A DNA stretch of 64,000 nucleotides, from positions 28,853-92,852 of the forward strand of contig JAKAJM010000002.1 in NCBI GenBank assembly GCA_021813765.1, given 5' to 3'. Both the position numbers and the translations under genes were made by a program. Positions 57,655-64,000 of this stretch are shown piece by piece (positions within the stretch are counted from its first letter, which is position 1; each line of letters starts with the position of its first letter). Source of the stretch: Nitrospirota bacterium. Lineage in GTDB: Bacteria; Nitrospirota; Thermodesulfovibrionia; Thermodesulfovibrionales; JdFR-88. The notes below the pieces were generated by a model. The model was not told the DNA's origin, did not search any database, and saw nothing but the letters and a program-made list of their open reading frames with translations.

Positions 57655-58713
57655 CTAGAACGTTTTGGGTTTGTGCTTCATCCCCCAGGCCACGGTCATG
57701 CCGCAAAGAAGGGGAGACCCGTTGTCCATGCGTACGCGTATGCCGTAAGCGCCGTGGCAGCTGTAGCAGGTGGAGACCTTCTTTTCTATCACGTGCGTGG
57801 CGGCATCCATAAGGATGAGCTCGCTGTCGTTCTTGTAAGTCCTTGCGGTTATCAGCGCGGTCTTGCCGGAGGGGCTGAAGACTACGTCATGCACGAACAT
57901 TCCGGGCATCTTGATGTGGTCCACTATCTTGTTGGTGGCGGTGTCGATCACGATGATCTCCGGAGTGTGCGTGCCGGGCTTCAGGCCGGGGTCGAACTCG
58001 TTGGCGCAGGTGACCCAGAGCTGCTTGCCGTCTGGCGTCATCCTTATCTGGTGAAGGAAGGTCATGGTGCCGTCGTGTATCTTCTGGACCACCTTCTTGG
58101 TCTTCCAGTCGAGCACGTAAACGGTGCCGTCCGGCATGCCGGAGACGTACGCGTACTTCCGGTTTTTGGTCCACTGAATGCCGCAAACGCTTGCGCCAAC
58201 AGGGATCTTGTCGGCCAGCTTCATCGTCTTGTAATCGAACTCATAGACGTGGCCGTCCGCCATGTCCTCAAAATAGATATGCTTTCCGCCCGGGCCTATG
58301 ACCGCGTCGCAGAACTTGTTGCCTATCTTGTATTGCCTGGATTCCGCGCCCGTGTCCAGGTTGTATTTGACGACGCTTCCGTCAAGCAGGCCGACATAGA
58401 GGTCCTTCCCGATAAGGGCGCTGCCATGGATGCCGCCCTGTCTTTTTACGGCCTCGATATGAATGCCCGCGACCGTCCCTTCCATCTCGCTGCCGGCCTC
58501 GGTTATCACTATCCTGTCATTCTGTATGTCGGTCGGCGGCTTGAGCGTGGCCAGGTTGATCATGGCCAGGTGCCCCCCGTGCCCGGCGATGAAGGCGATG
58601 CCGCTCAAGTTCTCCCTTCCGGCCGCCTGTACCGAGTCTGTGTGAGAGGACGAAAGATAATAGCCCCCGGCAAGCAAAGCGAGCGCCGCCATAACCAGCA
58701 AAACTTTCTTCAT
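57655..58713 (-). CDS. exported beta-propeller protein (YVTN-like repeats) with C-terminal CXXCH motif
   Basis: A signal peptide (MKKVLLVMAALALLAGG), repeated ...DG..vYV.. blades, and STCYSCHGAYG about 40 aa from the C-terminus. Confidence 0.75.
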   Translation of the reverse strand: MKKVLLVMAALALLAGGYYLSSSHTDSVQAAGRENLSGIAFIAGHGGHLAMINLATLKPPTDIQNDRIVITEAGSEMEGTVAGIHIEAVKRQGGIHGSALIGKDLYVGLLDGSVVKYNLDTGAESRQYKIGNKFCDAVIGPGGKHIYFEDMADGHVYEFDYKTMKLADKIPVGASVCGIQWTKNRKYAYVSGMPDGTVYVLDWKTKKVVQKIHDGTMTFLHQIRMTPDGKQLWVTCANEFDPGLKPGTHTPEIIVIDTATNKIVDHIKMPGMFVHDVVFSPSGKTALITARTYKNDSELILMDAATHVIEKKVSTCYSCHGAYGIRVRMDNGSPLLCGMTVAWGMKHKPKTF

Positions 58714-58969
58714 TTAATTCCTCCCTTTAGAAAAACTGTTTTCCTTCCCGATTCCCCTCGTTTGAAGAAACACTGCAGCAGCTTTCGTGTTCAAGAAGAG
58801 TTTTTGTTTTGGGCCTTTCCACCTCCTTCCCACAGGACCGGCAAAAAAAGCTTGTGAGGACGATCACGTTCTTCCCGGCCTAAATATAAAGCAGCAAAAT
58901 CGGGGTTTTCAACTTGAAATTACAATTATGAGAGGATGTTTTTACCGTGGATTGAAAAAATTGGGAAGC

Positions 58970-58998
58970 GGAAAATTGAGGGGGGCAAAAGCCCCCCC
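58970..58998 (-). terminator. candidate terminator after the yeeE-like gene
   Basis: The minus strand reads GGGGGGC-TTTT-GCCCCCC followed by TCAATTTTCC, about 50 nt after the TAA at 59045-59047. Confidence 0.45.
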
Positions 58999-59044
58999 GG
59001 CAGGACGAAATGAAAAAAATTCCGGTTTTTCTGTTTTTTCGCCT

Positions 59045-60139
59045 TTAATCCCTCATCGGCTTTATGAACTTGAAGTACACCATTGTCCAGTTGCCAAGCA
59101 CGATAAAGAGGGTGGCCACTATGCTGGAAATCGCCAAGGTCGACACACCGGTCAACCCGTGACCGATGTTTCAGCCGCCTGCCGTAGCGGCGCCGAATCC
59201 CATCATCACGCTGCCGCCAAAGACGGTCATAAGCTCGGCGGCCGTGGGCACCTTCAGCTTGAATTCCTTGAGGCCCTTTGAGCTAAGGAAAGCGCCAAGC
59301 GGGACCATCAGGATATAGATGGCGCTCCAGGTTATCTTGAGCCCGAAAAAATTGAACATCGGGTATGAGGAGGCGCTGTTTCTCTGGATAACCGCCAGGA
59401 AGGCCTCCCCAAGGGGCCCGGTGAAGGAAATGCCCCTGGGCATCCCGCCGTACACGCCGGAGGCCCACCACGCGATTACGACCAGAATGCCCACCAGGGC
59501 GCCGGTCACGGCCCATTTATAGCCCTTGGCGGAGCTCTTGGCGAAAGGTTTGCCCTTGAGCACGAATATCCCGCCAACCACGGTGAAGATGGCTATTATT
59601 ATCCATTTTGCAAGATGGCCCCCGCCAAAGAGGTCCGGCAGGCTGATGCCGTATATGGTGCTTCCGTCGGGGGCGGTCATCGTCACCTTGTAGCTCCTCA
59701 TGAGATCATAGACGGGCTTCAGAACGCCGTGCGTGGTGGTGATGATGCCAAGTCCAAAGCCCAGGACCGCCACAAGGGCGGCGGTGAGGCCTTCCCCAAC
59801 CCTGTAGAGGATGCCGCTGCCGCACCCCCCGGCAAGCACGATGCCCAGGCCGAATATGTACCCGCCAACTATGTTCGCTACCGGGGCGAACACCTCTCTT
59901 GCAAGGGTGAAGGGACCGTACGCGTCCCCGCCAAGCCAGTGCATGTCCTCAAGAAAGTTGGCGCCTATCATGGCGATGATCAGGGCAAAGATGTACGCCC
60001 TGAAGAGAGTCAGGTCATTGATGAAAATGACGTCCCTGAAAGCCGTGTTCATGCAGTACCTTCCGCGCTGCAGCACGAAGCCGAAAGCCAGCCCGATAAG
60101 CAGCGCCGTAAGCGCGATCATCACATTCCCCGGTTGCAT
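59045..60139 (-). CDS. YeeE/YedE sulfur-transport-family membrane protein, candidate selenoprotein (in-frame TGA at 59171-59173 read as Sec)
   Basis: The start MQPGNVMIAL is preceded by AAGGAGGATTA. Family motifs present are QRGRYCMNTAF and LAGGCGSG. The ORF-track product stops at ...GAATAGG-TGA. The same frame continues NIGHGLTGVSTLAISSIVATLFIVLGNWTMVYFKFIKPMRD to TAA. A 10-bp hairpin starts 1 nt after the TGA. Confidence 0.6.
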
Positions 60140-60230
60140 TAATCCTCCTTGATCGGTTGTTTTGTCCCCCATGGGGACCTTTCTTTTTTTATTGCGAACA
60201 TAATAATCAATAAAAATCGAAATTTCAACG

Positions 60231-61025
60231 TCATTCTCCAATTTTAGGTATGATGCCACTGACGAGAGCTTTTTTATAAACCCTCATGAAAAACCATATG
60301 GCAGCCAGGATGTACACAATATTCAGTCCGCAAGCGTATTCGAACTGCGCCGGGGGGAATGCCCCGCTTGAGATGACCGCCCTCATGCCTTCAAAGGCGT
60401 GCGAGGCCGGTATGAACATGGCGACCGTCCGCAGGGCGCGGGGAAGCACCTTTACGGGATAGAACACCGCGGAGAAGGGCAGGAAGAGAAAGGCCAGCGC
60501 CCAGGCCAGTATTTCCGCCTCCAGTCCGTAGCGCAGGATGAGGGCGGTGGTGAGTATCCCTATGGACCATCCCATCGCGACAAGGTTGAGGACAAGCGGA
60601 AGCAGGTATATGCCGAGTTTGAAGATGCTGAAGGAGTAGAGCAGCCATCCCAGGGAAGATGTCACGGCAAAGGCGGCAACCACCTTTATGGCGCTTATCG
60701 CCATGAGCGCCGCAAGGTACTCCGTGACGGTGACCGGCGCGACAAAGACGTTTATGAGGTTCCTGGACCACATGTCTTCGAGAAAAGAGACCGATATCCC
60801 CTGTTCCGCCCGGAAAAGGACATCCCAGAGTATCAGCGCCCCTATGAAATAGGAGACGAATACCGGCATCCGGCCGAAAGAGGAGCGCTGCAGGTAGAGG
60901 GTCACGAACCCCCAGAGCAGCAGGTCCATTGTGGGCCAGTAAAAGGTCTCAAGAAGCCTGGTAAGGCTCCTTCTGTAAAGGTATATCTGCCTCAGGCAGA
61001 GGGCGGCGATATGGCGGGGTCTCAT
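60231..61025 (-). CDS. ABC-2 type transporter permease
   Basis: 264 aa with six TM segments and an N-terminal ...LRQIYLYRRSLTRLLETFYWP... typical of the ABC-2 family. The start overlaps the ATPase stop codon (ATGA). Confidence 0.8.
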   Translation of the reverse strand: MRPRHIAALCLRQIYLYRRSLTRLLETFYWPTMDLLLWGFVTLYLQRSSFGRMPVFVSYFIGALILWDVLFRAEQGISVSFLEDMWSRNLINVFVAPVTVTEYLAALMAISAIKVVAAFAVTSSLGWLLYSFSIFKLGIYLLPLVLNLVAMGWSIGILTTALILRYGLEAEILAWALAFLFLPFSAVFYPVKVLPRALRTVAMFIPASHAFEGMRAVISSGAFPPAQFEYACGLNIVYILAAIWFFMRVYKKALVSGIIPKIGE

Positions 61026-61753
61026 CTTCCGCTTTCCAGGACCTTGAAAAAGAGCTCTTCCAGGTTTTTTACTTCGTATCTGCCGATGAGCTCGCCGGAG
61101 GGGCCCTCAAGCAACGCCTTGCCGCCCTTCAGAAAAAGCACGCGGTCAGACACCTCCTGCATCTCCCACAGGTTGTGCGAGGTGTATATCACGGAGAGGC
61201 CTTTTCCCCTGCTGAGCTCCACAAGGAGCCGCCTTGTCCTCCTGGCGATCTCGGGGTCTAGTCCGGCGGTGGGCTCATCAAGCAGAAGCACTTCCGGGGT
61301 GTTTATCATCGCCTTTGCGAGGCACAGCCTCATCATCTGCCCCGAGGAAAGCGTCCTTGCGCGCTTGTGCCTCATTTCATAAAGCCCGAACATCCGAAGC
61401 GCCTCCGAGCATCTGCGGGCAGGTTCGGAGACCTCGTACATTATGGCGTAGACCATGAGGTTCTCCCAGAGAGTGAGCGTTTGCGGAAGAAAGACATAGT
61501 TGGAGGCAAAGTTCATCCGTTTGAGTATGCCGGTCCGCGTGGCCGGAGACAGGAGCTCTCCGAAGACACGGATGTTTCCCTCGGTTGGAAGTATCAGCCC
61601 AAGTATAAGATGAATAAGGGTTGTCTTGCCGGCTCCGTTTGGGCCCAGTATGCCAAGTATCTGGCCCCTTGAAAGACTGAAGCTTACGTTCTTGAGCGCA
61701 TACGAGCCTGGCTCGAACGACTTGCCCAGGCCCTCTATATCAACAATGCCCAT
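61022..61753 (-). CDS. ABC transporter ATP-binding protein (ABC-2 subfamily partner)
   Basis: GPNGAGKTT, LSSGQMMRLCLAKA, LLDEPTAGLD. Confidence 0.9.
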   Translation of the reverse strand: MGIVDIEGLGKSFEPGSYALKNVSFSLSRGQILGILGPNGAGKTTLIHLILGLILPTEGNIRVFGELLSPATRTGILKRMNFASNYVFLPQTLTLWENLMVYAIMYEVSEPARRCSEALRMFGLYEMRHKRARTLSSGQMMRLCLAKAMINTPEVLLLDEPTAGLDPEIARRTRRLLVELSRGKGLSVIYTSHNLWEMQEVSDRVLFLKGGKALLEGPSGELIGRYEVKNLEELFFKVLESGR

Positions 61754-61869
61754 AAGGCGAATCTATATGCTTTTGGAGGCATAGTCAATGCGCAGCCCTG
61801 GCACCCGCCGCCACGGGCTGTAAAAAAAAGCTCTCCCGGATTTTTTTGTGCGGGTGCACTTTTTTGCCA

Positions 61870-62064
61870 TTGGCATCTGCCCGGCCCTTTCGTTCGGCCG
61901 CGCGGTTCCGGGCATATACAGAACATCCGCTAAGGACGTCTTCAGGGCGAGGAGGCGAACGGTCGTCAGGATGCGTTCCTTTGGTATCCGTCCGCTTTGC
62001 TCCCTCCCTCAGGGACCGGGCAGATGCCAATCTATACTTGCTGGAAATCCCCAGCAATCTGCCC
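61870..62064. other. structured non-coding segment with alternative helices (function unknown)
   Basis: TTGGCATCTGCCCGG (61870-61884) is the perfect reverse complement of CCGGGCAGATGCCAA (62016-62030). The latter can instead pair with ATCTGCCC (62057-62064). A 7-bp hairpin TTGCTGG/CCAGCAA lies at 62038-62057. No convincing ORF is present. Confidence 0.45.
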
Positions 62065-62282
62065 GCAGAATCCATGAAGAGCCAAAAGCAAAAAAAGGCG
62101 TCCGGGACCTCAGGCAGGGAAAAACATCAGTATGCCGGGGATCCCCGACGCAATCAGGGGGGTATTTTTTAAAAAAACTTTCTTTGGGGGCAGGGCGGGC
62201 AGGAGGTTTTTTATTGTGCCTCCTGCCGCCCTGGGGAGGGTAAATCCAGGCCCGTTCCGTTTTTTTCCTCCGGACGCGGCCC

Positions 62283-62909
62283 TTAATGTTTAAGCGCTTC
62301 CTCCTGCACATATGCCTCTCCGGCCTTGCCTACAAACTCCGGAGCGGGCTTCATGGTCTTTTCCCCCGGGTGCCAGTTGGCCGGGCAGACCTCCGCCGGG
62401 TGGCCCGACTTGTAGATGTTGGCCTGAAGCTTCCTCAAAAGCTCCTCGGCGTTCCTGCCGATGTCGATGTGGTTTACTTCAGCGCTTACGACCACTCCGT
62501 CCGGGTTTATTATGAAGGCGCCTCTTTGCGCCAGCCCGCTTTCCTCGTCGTACACGCCAAATGTCCTTGAAAGTTTCCCTGCCGGGTCGGCCCCCATCTG
62601 ATATCTGACATTCTTGAGCATCGGCTCATCCATCTGCCAGGCAAGATGCACGAACTTGGTGTCCGTGCTTACCGTAACGAGCTCGGCGCCCGCGGCCCTG
62701 AAGTTTGCGTGCTGGCCTGCCAGGTCAGCAAACTCCGTGGCTCAGACGAAAGTGAAGTCAGCCGGGTAGAAGAAAAGGACTGTCCATTTCCCCTGCCTTC
62801 TAAGCGCCTCAAGACCTATCTGCCCGAAACCGCCTGTTTCGGGGTCGAAGGTCTCGATCAGGAAATCGGGAACCTTCTGGCCGACCCTCAGCCCGCAGAA
62901 TCCTTCCAT
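62283..62909 (-). CDS. typical 2-Cys peroxiredoxin with Sec (TGA at 62742-62744) at the peroxidatic position
   Basis: MEGFCGLRVGQKVPDF...VLFFYPADFTFV-TGA-ATEFADLA...LAWQ...AEVCPANWHPGEKTMKP. The TGA replaces the C of the invariant FTFVCPTE motif and the resolving Cys is retained. The ORF track splits the gene into 62742..62987 and 62283..62651. Confidence 0.8.
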
Positions 62910-62996
62910 CTTCATTTCCTCCTTTGCCTTTGGCCCATTTTTCTTTTCGTCCCATGCCATTTGACTTTGAATTAGATTCATTATCAATATGGAAAG

Positions 62997-63025
62997 ATTC
63001 TAAATTAAGCCGGAGCGCGTGTCAA
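62997..63025 (-). promoter_or_regulatory. candidate sigma-70 promoter of the peroxiredoxin gene
   Basis: The minus strand reads TTGACA - 17 nt (cgcgctccggcttaatt) - TAGAAT, about 85 nt upstream of the ATG. An ATTGATAATGAATCTAAT segment lies just downstream. Confidence 0.55.
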
Positions 63026-63156
63026 GCTAAAAAATGCGGACCGGTTTTTTTTGGTTGTTCCGGCGGTTCCGGCCGGGTCTGTGCTTGCCGCCAGGGCGCG
63101 GGCCCAAAATTTTTTTGCCTGGCATTGGTTTTTTTACGCCTGGGGTTTTTCTCTTC

Positions 63157-63408
63157 TCAGCGTCCCTTGAGCCTTCTCATGTCTTTAAGCCAGCGCCCGC
63201 ATTTGGGGCACCTGTCTACCGGAAAGACCTCGATTTTGAGGAAGGCCCCCGTTTTTACTTCTATTTCTATATAAGGGACGTCCAGGAAGATCTGGCAGCA
63301 GTAATCCAGGCCATCATCCACGGGTTCGAAGCTGTAAAATTCCCTCCATAACCCTTCGGACTCGTCTTTCCCTATGCCCTGGCGGTCGTTTTGATGATCT
63401 TTGTTCAT
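63157..63408 (-). CDS. hypothetical small protein with a CPxCG-type knuckle
   Basis: 83-aa ORF containing ...VDRCPKCGRW... near the C-terminus. I recognise no family. Confidence 0.4.
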   Translation of the reverse strand: MNKDHQNDRQGIGKDESEGLWREFYSFEPVDDGLDYCCQIFLDVPYIEIEVKTGAFLKIEVFPVDRCPKCGRWLKDMRRLKGR

Positions 63409-63590
63409 GGGGCTCCTCCGTAAAAAAACCGGAAGATGATTTTTTTTAAAAATTTCTTGTTTGGAAAAGGACTGCCCGCGGCTTTTCGGCCATACCCTCT
63501 GCTTGACTACAGTCTAGCACTTGTCCGGCATTTGTCTATTAAAGATATCTTTCTTTACCCGCCGCTCTTTTTCTGGTATAGAAACAGTAT

Positions 63591-64000
63591 ATGTGCAATA
63601 TAAAATATGACGAGCTGGGGCCTGTGAAAGTGCTCCATCTGCATTCTTCGAAGGCGGGCCTGGACGCGTTTGTCGTTGTGGACAATGTTGCGCTTGGCCC
63701 TGCAGTAGGCGGGGTGAGGGTCAGGCCTCGGGTCGGCGTTGAGGAGGTGCAAAGGCTTGCCCGCACCATGACGCTTAAAAATTCCATTGCCGGCCTGCCG
63801 CACGGCGGGGGCAAGGCCGGGATATCGCTAGACCCGTCGAGCCCGGAGAAAAAAAAGGTCTTCCAGGCCTTTGCCGCTCTCACTGAGAGCCTGAACGAGT
63901 ATATACCCGGCCCTGATATGGGAAGCGATGAGGAATGCATGGCCTGGATATATGAAGAGACGGGCAGGGCGGTGGGGCTTCCGGAGAGGATGGGGGGTCT
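63591..64000 (+). CDS. Glu/Leu/Phe/Val dehydrogenase family protein, N-terminal part (runs off the window; absent from the ORF track)
   Basis: MCNIKYDELGPVKVLHLHSSKAGLDAFVVVDNVALGPAVGGVRV...MTLKNSIAGLPHGGGKAGI...IPGPDMGSDE... includes the conserved catalytic-Lys glycine-rich motif. Confidence 0.8.
   Translation, partial: MCNIKYDELGPVKVLHLHSSKAGLDAFVVVDNVALGPAVGGVRVRPRVGVEEVQRLARTMTLKNSIAGLPHGGGKAGISLDPSSPEKKKVFQAFAALTESLNEYIPGPDMGSDEECMAWIYEETGRAVGLPERMGG

Noticed and set aside
61790-61815. Sigma-54 promoter CTGGCACCCGCCGCCAC on the plus strand.
   Set aside because: The -24 TGGCAC is good, but the -12 position reads GCCA instead of TTGC, and no plus-strand gene follows.
61754-62282. tRNA-Sec (selC), or a cobalamin riboswitch, SRP RNA or RNase P RNA, in the structured gap next to the Sec genes.
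   Set aside because: - No CUUCAAA-type anticodon loop with a supporting stem is present; the only UCA-containing candidates (CUUCAGG, CUUCAUG) lack complementary stems.
- CTGGAAATCCCCAGCAATCTGCCCGCAG superficially resembles the cobalamin core, but there is no B12 box and no downstream gene in that orientation.
- The RNase P (GAGGAAAGUCC) and SRP (GGAAGCAGCC) signatures are absent.

Overview
The window is a 64-kb chromosomal segment from a moderately GC-rich bacterium. It looks diderm (outer-membrane barrel, Lol-type and MacB-type ABC parts, Slt) and probably anaerobic or microaerophilic (rubredoxin, erythrin-like diiron protein, nitroreductases, radical SAM, ApgM). All family calls come from reading motifs in the translations; no searches were run. 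I support about 70 protein genes, mostly housekeeping: nadB (3' part), guaB, scpB, trpS, pdxA, rpmH-yidD-yidC, apgM, hisS, divIVA-yggT-proC-yggS, queH and queA, phoH-HDIG-ybeY-dgkA, xerC/D, uppS-cdsA, nuoN, zapB-zapA-slt, trpEGD, several ABC transporter parts and a partial Glu/Leu dehydrogenase. There are also 2 tRNAs (Cys-GCA, Gly-GCC). I saw no rRNA, CRISPR array, transposase or prophage. The main results are listed below.

- **Selenoprotein candidates.** Two genes are split by the ORF track at in-frame TGA codons that sit exactly where a catalytic or conserved Cys is expected, and each TGA is followed by a hairpin. One is a typical 2-Cys peroxiredoxin (FTFV-TGA-ATE), a known selenoprotein type. 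The other is a YeeE/YedE sulfur-transport-family membrane protein (AGG-TGA-NIG). It lies at the end of an ABC ATPase / ABC-2 permease operon and is the most interesting candidate.
- **Structured non-coding gap.** A ~0.5-kb gap between those two loci has mutually exclusive long-range helices.
- **Repeat family.** A MITE/REP-like family with GTCATTCC-type palindromes and ~30-bp inverted arms occurs at four or more intergenic loci.
- **Unusual gene architecture.** rpmH-yidD-yidC lacks rnpA. There are TatD-radical SAM and DgkA-PAP2 fusions. A miniature, translationally coupled DsrE/F/H-like triad sits beside a split rubredoxin/erythrin pair. The trpEGD leader carries an intrinsic terminator. nuoN and an MshE/PilB-type ATPase are both orphans. 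A beta-propeller protein ends in a CXXCH motif.
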